The position numbers and the translations under genes are program-made. A stretch of DNA of 33,143 nt from a virus (Duplodnaviria; Caudoviricetes): IMG/VR virus record IMGVR_UViG_3300025782_000043, positions 1 through 33,143 of that record. One strand, 5' to 3'. Under the pieces are notes generated by a model. It was not told where the DNA came from. It made no database searches and saw only the letters and a program-made list of their open reading frames with translations. Positions 26,296 to 33,143 of this stretch are shown one piece after another. Numbering within the stretch: the first letter of the stretch is position 1; every line of letters starts with the position of its first letter.

Positions 26296-28083
26296 TTATC
26301 TTTTTAAACCTTTATTAGGGTTACCAAACAACCAAGAATGTTCTTTATAAGCTTGTTCACCCATTTTCAATGGATTATCTCTATGATAGAAACTTGGGTC
26401 CATTGTCATTGAACCAACCATATCCAAACTAGTGCCATAAGAATAAAATGTTTTTTCTGTTTCATATGTTCTTTCCGTCATTACCCAAGAATTCATCATC
26501 GCTTTACTTGCGGCTTCGTTTCTTTCCAATTGATTGAAACAAATGTCTGCAGCATATAAAGCCATAGATAAACTCATAATTGCATCATCGTGAGCACCTT
26601 TCATATGATCAGGACGACCATTGATGTAAACAAACGTATTCAATTCATTCAATAATCTATTTGAACGCACTATAAATTCTTTTCTTAATTGTTCTTCGAA
26701 AGCAGCTACGATTTGTGTTCGTTTATTGTTAAAATTGATACCCGGAATTTTTTCCATTGCTTTGGCATTATATTCCCATTTGTTTTGAACATTAATACCA
26801 TCTATGTATAAGTTTTTATAATTCATTTCTTGCAACTTTCTTGATGTTGCAACACCCATACCTCCTGTTATATCTATCACAATAAATGCGTTGTAAAGAA
26901 TACCCCACTTATACGCGATTGCAGCTAAATCATCTGGTGGTATTTTACCAATATACTCAACCACTTGTTCTCTATCATCGAAATCAACAATATTAATTGA
27001 TGAGAAATCTTCACTATCACCTCTACTCACATCTACACCCATAATGTATCGATGTCCTTGTACTGGTTCTTTCCATTGCCACATTGTACCTTGCATATAT
27101 TTTTCAATGGGTACACGTATCATATTTTTTGCAATGTTCTCTTGAACATCACCAGGAATTACACCGTCTCCTGAACCCAAAAAGTCACATTCCAACTCTT
27201 GAGCAATCTTACGTCTATCATATTTGAATTTCTTAGACATTGATTCAAACCACGATGAAAATGGTTTATAACCATCCTCCAATAATTTGTTATATTCTTT
27301 GATGTCAAAATCATGTAACACAACTTCATCATCGTTATATTGCTCTCTATTCAACATATAATGACAAATGTCTTGACATTTTACCCAACGTAAATCTTTT
27401 GTATAACGAGGATCTTTAAACCATCTTAAATCTGTAATATGAAAATCATTCAACCCTCTGATTGCTTGATCATATACCGCATAATAAATCGGATCATAGC
27501 CATTAGGTGTTGATATTAATATAATTTTACCTCCCGTTGATAATGACGCCATAGATGCTGACCAGAAATCTTCTCCAGCTTCGATGTGTGCAGCCTCGTC
27601 AAATACAAGTATTGTTGGTGTATAACCACGTAATGCATCGGGTGATGTTGCGACGGCTTTAACCTCACAACCATTATTAAGTCTAAATCTACTTTCTGAG
27701 TTCTTATCTGCTGAAAATCCTACATTAATCCATTCAGGCCATTGATCTAAAAAGTTTCTAATCTTATTAGCCATTTCCACCGCAGTATCACGCTTATTCG
27801 CGATAAGCAATACTCTTTCAGGATTCTCAGGTTTAGCTAATTGTAATTTTTTAGATAACCAAGCTGCAGTTACAGTAGTAACCCCCGCTTGTCTGTATTT
27901 TCTTGTGATATTTTCGTTGTAATTTTCGTAATCTTGGATAAGTTGTACTTGGTCTTCAAACAAATCCATTGGAACATATTTCTTCTGTGTATTATCATAT
28001 GTCTGAAGGTATGTTCTTAAAGCGTATGGCGTATCTTTCATAATACGAGCCAACTCTTTTAACTGTTCTATTTTACTATTCAT
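26296..28083 (-). CDS. terL: Terminase large subunit (T4 gp17-like)
   Basis: KYRQAGVTT Walker A variant, LVFDEAA Walker B, ISTPNG coupling motif, QELECDF, YIMGVDVSRG...DFS and HDDAIMSL nuclease motifs. Confidence 0.96.
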   Translation of the reverse strand: MNSKIEQLKELARIMKDTPYALRTYLQTYDNTQKKYVPMDLFEDQVQLIQDYENYNENITRKYRQAGVTTVTAAWLSKKLQLAKPENPERVLLIANKRDTAVEMANKIRNFLDQWPEWINVGFSADKNSESRFRLNNGCEVKAVATSPDALRGYTPTILVFDEAAHIEAGEDFWSASMASLSTGGKIILISTPNGYDPIYYAVYDQAIRGLNDFHITDLRWFKDPRYTKDLRWVKCQDICHYMLNREQYNDDEVVLHDFDIKEYNKLLEDGYKPFSSWFESMSKKFKYDRRKIAQELECDFLGSGDGVIPGDVQENIAKNMIRVPIEKYMQGTMWQWKEPVQGHRYIMGVDVSRGDSEDFSSINIVDFDDREQVVEYIGKIPPDDLAAIAYKWGILYNAFIVIDITGGMGVATSRKLQEMNYKNLYIDGINVQNKWEYNAKAMEKIPGINFNNKRTQIVAAFEEQLRKEFIVRSNRLLNELNTFVYINGRPDHMKGAHDDAIMSLSMALYAADICFNQLERNEAASKAMMNSWVMTERTYETEKTFYSYGTSLDMVGSMTMDPSFYHRDNPLKMGEQAYKEHSWLFGNPNKGLKR

Positions 28084-28088
28084 ATACC

Positions 28089-28096
28089 TATAAATA
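28089..28096 (-). promoter_or_regulatory. TATTTATA motif, 6 nt between TATTTAT and terminase ATG
   Basis: Minus strand GTATTTATAGGTATATG, directly after a terminator U-tract. Confidence 0.55.
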
Positions 28097-28097
28097 C

Positions 28098-28123
28098 AAA
28101 AAAAGACGGTTAAAACCGTCTTT
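28098..28123 (-). terminator. Rho-independent terminator
   Basis: AAAGACGGT-TAAA-ACCGTCTTT hairpin with T7 tract on the minus strand, just after the 28128 stop. Confidence 0.8.
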
Positions 28124-28127
28124 GTAT

Positions 28128-29357
28128 TTATTCATCATCATCTAAACCATCTACATCTGTTTGGAATTTAGATATTATATCTTCATAATCTTCTTCTCGT
28201 AGTCTCTTATTTATAATATTCAGCATATCATTCAGTAATTTTTTTCCTTTATCTGATTCGGAAAGAATTTCCCTCATTACCATTAGAAACTCTTTTGCTG
28301 GTAACTTAAATAAATCAACTAATAGATAGTTCTGTAATTCTTTATTTTCTTCTTCCATTAAATCATCGGGAAACTGAGAACGAATTTTATCCCAAATAGG
28401 TGCACCAAGTCTCAAATCCCACATTTCTTTTTCCAATGTATCTTCGAACTTCATCACTTCTATAAACAATTCTTTATCATTTGGCTCTCCTTGGTGTGAA
28501 AATAATTCCATAATACCTTTAATCAATTCGTGAAGTAAAACAGGAAAAGTTATACCTCTCACTATAATTTTTGCAGTTGGTTCTTCTTCAGATTCTTCTT
28601 CATTTTCCGATGGTCTTTGTACTTCACATTTTCCGGCCACACTGTTACTTAAACCTCCAATCATATTATCGCTCATCTGCCAATAATTCAAATCATTGAT
28701 GGACATCATAATACCGTAATATTTCATCAAATACTCAGAACCAAATATCTCCATCAACTCATCATATGCTAAATGGTACATATAATGACCTCTTTTAGAT
28801 GCGCCTTGTATTATTGCATTTATCAATCTTCTTTTGGCTCTTTCTAAATTTAATTCTTCTTCATCAAACTCTCTTGGAATTTCAGGGGTATTGTCGTCTA
28901 TATTAACTTCAACAGGATTATTGTCTAATTCACTAATATTTTCTTTATTGAAATCATTTGTATCAATTTGACCATACTGAATAATTTTGGCATCAATTTC
29001 GATAGCTCCTTCAGGAATACCCATTTCATTCAATACAATTTTGACTGCTAACTTTTCTAATTCAGGTATATGAAAACTTTCAATAGTAGCAACCCTTTGA
29101 TATGCATCCATCATTTCGTTCAAACTAATTTGCATATTTCGATTCATACCTTTATACACATCAGTTATGTCCGTATATTTTCTTACGTTCTCAATTACTT
29201 GTTTGTATCTTTCGGATGCTAAAAGTTCTTGGTAATTTATGTACGGTTCAGTAAAATTCTTTGGAAAAGGAATTTTTGTAAGAGGAGTATTGTTGACAGC
29301 TAATTTAGCTATTATACCCTGATCGGGTCTATCTTCAGAATTAAAAAACATCGCCAT
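28128..29357 (-). CDS. Hypothetical helical phage protein
   Basis: 409 aa; KRRLINAIIQGASKRGHY and FPVLLHELIKGIME segments; family not identified. Confidence 0.8.
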   Translation of the reverse strand: MAMFFNSEDRPDQGIIAKLAVNNTPLTKIPFPKNFTEPYINYQELLASERYKQVIENVRKYTDITDVYKGMNRNMQISLNEMMDAYQRVATIESFHIPELEKLAVKIVLNEMGIPEGAIEIDAKIIQYGQIDTNDFNKENISELDNNPVEVNIDDNTPEIPREFDEEELNLERAKRRLINAIIQGASKRGHYMYHLAYDELMEIFGSEYLMKYYGIMMSINDLNYWQMSDNMIGGLSNSVAGKCEVQRPSENEEESEEEPTAKIIVRGITFPVLLHELIKGIMELFSHQGEPNDKELFIEVMKFEDTLEKEMWDLRLGAPIWDKIRSQFPDDLMEEENKELQNYLLVDLFKLPAKEFLMVMREILSESDKGKKLLNDMLNIINKRLREEDYEDIISKFQTDVDGLDDDE

Positions 29358-29372
29358 TGTAATATATTTTTA

Positions 29373-29380
29373 CAAATGTA
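29373..29380 (-). promoter_or_regulatory. Bacteroidota-type -7 element (TACATTTG)
   Basis: Matches TAnnTTTG 15 nt before ATG 29357. Confidence 0.45.
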
Positions 29381-29418
29381 ACGATGTTTTTTGAAATATC
29401 CTAATTTTTTTAGGAAAA

Positions 29419-29559
29419 TTATGCTTTTGGTTTGTGTTTTGGGCCAGTTCCGGGTTTATAAGGGGTACTTGGTTTTTTTGGAACCTCCCTTGTACCTGGT
29501 TTTACTTTGGGTTTAGATGGAGCTGTTTTAGTTCCTCCATCATTAAAAATATTTTTCAT
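29419..29559 (-). CDS. 46-aa Pro/Lys-rich peptide (absent from ORF track)
   Basis: Translated by hand: MKNIFNDGGTKTAPSKPKVKPGTREVPKKPSTPYKPGTGPKHKPKA-stop; co-oriented, fills the intergenic gap, more GC-rich than its flanks. Confidence 0.65.
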   Translation of the reverse strand: MKNIFNDGGTKTAPSKPKVKPGTREVPKKPSTPYKPGTGPKHKPKA

Positions 29560-29604
29560 AAGTGTAATTTTTGTAAAAATACTGAAAAAATACAAATAAT
29601 AAAA

Positions 29605-30534
29605 TTATTTTTTAGATTCGTTTAATTTAGTTTTAATTAAATTCATAATTTCTCCTTTTGATGTGAAACTATGATATAATTTATTTTCAGCTAAAGTCAT
29701 AACCCATTCTTTCATTTCAGTATCTTTCCCTGTCATACTCATTGACTTATTATTGATTCTTTTGTAATAATCGTGAGCACTTTTTACATATGGATTATTT
29801 GAATGCTTTTCAGCTAATTCGTTAATATCTTTAGATTCAAGATCTTTTTCAGATACTCCTGCTTCTTTTAATTCAAAATGTAAGTTACGTTTAGCATTCA
29901 AACCTGAATCAGATTCGTGTAAACCTTTTAAAGTTTTAGCTAATCTTGCTTCTTTACCAATTTTACCACCTTTTTTTGCTGCTGCATCTAATTTAGCTGC
30001 AGGAATTTTTTCGTCTTTAGGAACTCCTAAATCTTTATGTAATTTACCAGGGTGTTTTATGGCTTTTTGAATCCATTTTTTATCTTCTTCAGTTGCTTCC
30101 AATTTTTTACCAACTCCTTTTACTTTCTTTTCGAATGGTTCACCTGCAGTTTCTTTAACTTCCACTTTTTTACCACCAATCTCGATTGAAGGTTTACCTT
30201 CTTTTTTAGCATCTGCTATTTTTTTACCAAATGCATTGCCTTCTTTAGTTTCTTTTGGTTTTTTTTCTTTACCACACTTACAAGGACTCATTTTACAAAC
30301 TTTACAAGCTTTTTTGTTACCTATAAATGCGTTTTCTTCAACCTCAACTTCACTATCAGGGTCTTGTACTGCTGCTTTAACATTCTCATCACCTAATTTA
30401 TCTGGTGAAACTTTCAATACTTCATTGAACATTCTTTCTGACAAGTTAGCTAATTGTTTATCTGAGAAATTAACCAATGTTTTTTCTGAAAATCCTTCTT
30501 TGATTAATCTACTTACTATTTCATTTCTTTTCAT
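29605..30534 (-). CDS. Modular Lys-rich protein, probable internal head protein
   Basis: CKVCKMSPCKC, GNAFGKK..AK..G...IEIGGK and KKWIQKAIKHPGKLHKDLGVP...ARLAKTLK modules separated by Glu-ending linkers. Confidence 0.7.
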   Translation of the reverse strand: MKRNEIVSRLIKEGFSEKTLVNFSDKQLANLSERMFNEVLKVSPDKLGDENVKAAVQDPDSEVEVEENAFIGNKKACKVCKMSPCKCGKEKKPKETKEGNAFGKKIADAKKEGKPSIEIGGKKVEVKETAGEPFEKKVKGVGKKLEATEEDKKWIQKAIKHPGKLHKDLGVPKDEKIPAAKLDAAAKKGGKIGKEARLAKTLKGLHESDSGLNAKRNLHFELKEAGVSEKDLESKDINELAEKHSNNPYVKSAHDYYKRINNKSMSMTGKDTEMKEWVMTLAENKLYHSFTSKGEIMNLIKTKLNESKK

Positions 30535-30932
30535 ATATCGTTTGTTTTTATCTCTTCAATTTGAAGAGCGAAACCTTTATTTTTTAATTTTTTATTTACA
30601 CTATCGATTGATTCCCCAAACTTAAAAGTAAGTCTTTGTTCATCGATTGATATGTCAAATTTTTGCCAAGCTAAAGCTACAACACCATCTACAGCATCAA
30701 TAACCCCAAAATAATCGGAATTTTGAACTAGTTCCATATCTAAATCTGTATTTTTTAATAAACCAACTAAATCTATGTATTCTATTTCAGGTGATTTTGG
30801 TCTTGATGATGCGGAAGCAGGAATTACAAACCATTCATCCATATCAATTTCGGTACTAGTACTGAATATAAATTCATACTGTTTTTGACCTTTATAGTCT
30901 GCACCGATTTCATTAACATAGATTAAACGCAT
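30531..30932 (-). CDS. Hypothetical protein
   Basis: 133-aa ORF coupled on both sides. Confidence 0.75.
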   Translation of the reverse strand: MRLIYVNEIGADYKGQKQYEFIFSTSTEIDMDEWFVIPASASSRPKSPEIEYIDLVGLLKNTDLDMELVQNSDYFGVIDAVDGVVALAWQKFDISIDEQRLTFKFGESIDSVNKKLKNKGFALQIEEIKTNDI

Positions 30933-30933
30933 T

Positions 30934-31950
30934 TTACTTAAAATATTTGTGTAACGCTTGATTGATACTATCGTTAATATCTTTTTTTATTTCATCTAAG
31001 TCGATAGTCATTTCTTCATCGTGTTCGTGTTTTTCCTCAGGTAGATATTCACTCATATCAGTTTCATCCATAGGGCCATCCACGAATTCTTCAAGTGCTT
31101 TCATAGCATCATATTCTTCACCAATCTCCTCATCTGAAGATGGTTCTTCACCTGATGGTTCTGCAGGTGTTTCTTCTTCTCCACCTTTATCTCCATTGTG
31201 AATTTCATCGCGATCAAATTTATCAGCAATTTCCTCTAAATCTTTGTCTTCTAACTTATCTAAATCCAAAGAAGAGATGATCATATTCAAAACCCACTTG
31301 ATGTCTTTACTTTCTAATTTCTTATCTTGTTTTCTTAATTCCTCTTGTAATTTACCACAAAATTTATGGATTTGGCCCATATATTCGTATTCATCATCAG
31401 CTCCTTGTTCACCTTTATCATTACCCATATTTGCATCTGGTGCAGCATCAGCATCTGGTGCTCCACCCATATCATCAGGTGCAGGTTGTCCGCCCATATC
31501 GTCAGCAGGTGCTCCACCCATATCATCAGGGGCAGGTGCAGGTAACGCTGGTGCTTCTTCCGGTGCAGGAGGCATAGCAGCTTGAGAAGCAGCCTCATCT
31601 GTATCTTTTGATTTCTTTAAAAGATATTTTGTTTCGTTGATTAATTCTTCTTGTCCTTTAATCAATTCAAGTCTTTTAAGAGCTTCAGCATACGAAGAGA
31701 ATTTGTTTTTATTCTTCATATACATTCCACCTATATAATCTAAAGAAGATTCATTTAAACCTTGTTTTACATAATATGAATCCTTTTCTTTAACAATAGC
31801 ATAAACGCCACCATTTTTGGATTCTTTAACCAATTCAGCTTTAGCTGATTGTGTTTTTTTATTTGTATTATAGTAGGTTAGTTCGAGAATTCTTTTTAAT
31901 TTTTCATCTCCGTTAAGTTTCTCGCTACCAAGTGGTTTTAAGTCTGACAT
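30934..31950 (-). CDS. Acidic hypothetical protein with DDMGG repeats (scaffold/core-like composition)
   Basis: 338 aa; acidic Ala/Pro-rich linkers, INE/LNE sites. Confidence 0.75.
   Translation of the reverse strand: MSDLKPLGSEKLNGDEKLKRILELTYYNTNKKTQSAKAELVKESKNGGVYAIVKEKDSYYVKQGLNESSLDYIGGMYMKNKNKFSSYAEALKRLELIKGQEELINETKYLLKKSKDTDEAASQAAMPPAPEEAPALPAPAPDDMGGAPADDMGGQPAPDDMGGAPDADAAPDANMGNDKGEQGADDEYEYMGQIHKFCGKLQEELRKQDKKLESKDIKWVLNMIISSLDLDKLEDKDLEEIADKFDRDEIHNGDKGGEEETPAEPSGEEPSSDEEIGEEYDAMKALEEFVDGPMDETDMSEYLPEEKHEHDEEMTIDLDEIKKDINDSINQALHKYFK
31457..31530 (-). repeat. Coding tandem repeat (P[AD]DDMGG x3)
   Basis: GGTGCTCCACCCATATCATCAGG is identical at 31457-31479 and 31508-31530, with a diverged copy between. 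Confidence 0.85.
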
Positions 31951-31985
31951 TTTGTTTTTTTTGTTAAGTATACTTATTCTTATCC

Positions 31986-31993
31986 TATAAATA
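31986..31993 (-). promoter_or_regulatory. TATTTATA motif upstream of the 31950 operon
   Basis: 36 nt from TATTTAT to the start codon. Confidence 0.45.
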
Positions 31994-32022
31994 TAAAGAT
32001 ATCGGGAAAAAAATAAGGTTGT

Positions 32023-32781
32023 TTATTGTGGTAAGGACAATTTTTTATCTACAATTTGATTTTTTAAATTTAATAACTTTTCAATTGACCCATTTCTCCT
32101 TAATAATTTGAATGTTAAGTTCTCATAAGAAAATTCACCACCTGATTCCAAACCAGATTGTCTGAATTTTTTCAATTTTTGTCTAAGGTCTTCAATTTCT
32201 TTTAAAACATCAATACCTTTAGCTGCTTTTTTAACTAATCGTTCGATATTAGATGCGAATTCATCACCTTTTTCTATGATTTTTCTGTCATCAATATTAA
32301 CTTTATTTTTCTCAGGAACAACGATCCATTTGTTATGTAATATAGAATAAACACCTGAAGAAACGTGTTCTTCACTAATATCTTGAACGTAGATTTCTAC
32401 ATCAAATCCTTTGATGATAACATCATGTTTTTCGTTCCATATGTTTTTCTTTGCATCAAAAAATTCTTTAATCAAATCAAGATTGAATTTTGTTTCTTCG
32501 TAATCAATAAGAATATGTAAATCAACGTCCGAATAATTGGACCAATTGTAATTAGCAAGCGAACCTGTTAGAACTATATCGTGTATAAAAAATTTAACAC
32601 CTAATGTTTCTATAAAATCATCAGATATCTCAAGAAGTTTTTTCCTGATTTCTGGTCGCATAATATATTCTTTATTTGATAACTCAAATATGTTATCAGA
32701 CAAAGAATCTTTGGTTTTAAAAGATTTTAAGATTTTCTTATCATCTTCGTTGTCTTCAATTAGTTCTTCAAATAGACTCAT
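32023..32781 (-). CDS. Pol-beta superfamily nucleotidyltransferase
   Basis: IVLTGSLANYNW..YSDVDLH (GS...DxD) plus third acidic residue in DVEIYVQ; C-terminal helical GEFS.ENL.FK.LRR. Confidence 0.8.
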   Translation of the reverse strand: MSLFEELIEDNEDDKKILKSFKTKDSLSDNIFELSNKEYIMRPEIRKKLLEISDDFIETLGVKFFIHDIVLTGSLANYNWSNYSDVDLHILIDYEETKFNLDLIKEFFDAKKNIWNEKHDVIIKGFDVEIYVQDISEEHVSSGVYSILHNKWIVVPEKNKVNIDDRKIIEKGDEFASNIERLVKKAAKGIDVLKEIEDLRQKLKKFRQSGLESGGEFSYENLTFKLLRRNGSIEKLLNLKNQIVDKKLSLPQ

Positions 32782-33023
32782 TTTACTTTCTTATAATCGT
32801 GCGCTTTAGCGATGTTTTCGTTAAAGTGTTTTCCGTGGGATTCAGCCATTCTGAATTTAGTGAATTTACTCCAAGGAACTTTATTATAATCATAAATAGA
32901 GCCATTATTGAAAGTAATCGTCAATACCTCATTTTCAGTGTTATATGACGCTTCTCTAAGGTTTGTTGATTCAAAAGTTACATTGATTAGCTTACCTTCT
33001 ATTTTTTCTGATAATATTGCCAT
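32778..33023 (-). CDS. KTSC domain protein
   Basis: STNL....YN.....LTITFNNGSIYDY..VP......F..AESHGKHFNENI is the KTSC consensus. Confidence 0.9.
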   Translation of the reverse strand: MAILSEKIEGKLINVTFESTNLREASYNTENEVLTITFNNGSIYDYNKVPWSKFTKFRMAESHGKHFNENIAKAHDYKKVK

Positions 33024-33049
33024 AATTCTATTTTTAGATAATATACATA

Positions 33050-33056
33050 ATAAATA
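33050..33056 (-). promoter_or_regulatory. TATTTAT motif upstream of KTSC gene
   Basis: Minus strand GATATTTAT, 26 nt before the start codon. Confidence 0.45.
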
Positions 33057-33062
33057 TCAAAT

Positions 33063-33087
33063 AAAAAACCCTCCGTTTAGGAGGGTT
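33063..33087 (-). terminator. Rho-independent terminator
   Basis: AACCCTCC-5nt-GGAGGGTT hairpin followed by a T-tract on the minus strand. Confidence 0.8.
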
Positions 33088-33096
33088 CAAGTTATT

Positions 33097-33143
33097 TTAA
33101 TAACCAAATTGTCGTTCATTACTATCCAATCCTCCACCAGCAG
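33097..33143 (-). CDS. 3' end of a gene entering from outside the window
   Basis: Open frame ...AGGGLDSNERQFGY-TAA directly before the terminator. Confidence 0.4.
   Translation of the reverse strand, partial: AGGGLDSNERQFGY

Noticed and set aside
18986-28083. Introns or inteins in MCP, portal or terminase
   Set aside because: Frames are continuous with ordinary lengths and no intein terminal motifs were seen.
28510-28545. Zincin metalloprotease motif in the 409-aa protein
   Set aside because: Sequence is HELIK, lacking the second His of HExxH.
778-31598. Short antisense or alternate-frame ORFs in the track (e.g. 778-1032, 1903-2142, 19108-19425, 21386-21745, 24501-24893, 29434-29625, 31244-31585)
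   Set aside because: They overlap well-supported genes and have the Phe/Ser/Leu-rich composition expected of shadows of Lys/Glu-rich coding strands.
22171-31993. Plus-strand TATAAATA copies as classical T4 late promoters
   Set aside because: They point away from the adjacent minus-strand genes, and plus-strand genes show the mirror image, so the functional orientation appears to be TATTTAT.
1-33143. Stop-codon reassignment, as in some large Bacteroidota phages
   Set aside because: Terminase, portal, MCP, PhoH and dUTPase are full length in code 11, and TAG/TGA end genes at expected positions (e.g. phoH TAG, dut TGA).
1-33143. CRISPR array, tRNA or rRNA genes
   Set aside because: Intergenic gaps are short and AT-rich, and all repeats found are in-frame coding repeats. 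No cloverleaf was recognised by eye; a tRNAscan/Infernal run would be needed to exclude one formally.

Overview
AT-rich, gene-dense fragment of a large (jumbo-type) T4-related dsDNA phage using standard code 11. The minus strand from about 19 kb on carries the head module: large terminase, portal, prohead protease, scaffold and major capsid protein. A ribosomal protein bS21 gene is inserted in it on the opposite strand, and a KTSC plus nucleotidyltransferase pair sits at the far end. The plus strand (1-18.9 kb) carries a WYL-like protein, three glycosyltransferases, dUTPase, an HNH endonuclease, a ParB-like protein, PhoH, a HAD-like protein, a gp55-like late sigma factor, a gp5-like baseplate spike, a flavodoxin-like protein and modular basic proteins. 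A Bacteroidota host is inferred from the bS21 type, a DUF4494-like gene, TTTG-N19-TAnnTTTG promoters and the apparent absence of Shine-Dalgarno motifs. Three observations stand out. (1) A sense-strand TATTTAT motif lies upstream of 15 genes, often exactly 4 nt before the ATG (candidate non-T4 late promoter giving near-leaderless mRNAs). (2) A short terminal helix (E-[EN]-I-x-[RK]-I-[KR]-x-[LVM]-[MI]) is shared by unrelated proteins and resembles the scaffold C-terminus (candidate capsid-loading tag). (3) Some ORFs look like polyproteins of short basic modules separated by prohead-protease-type [LI]xE sites. All calls come from reading the sequence by eye; no searches were run.
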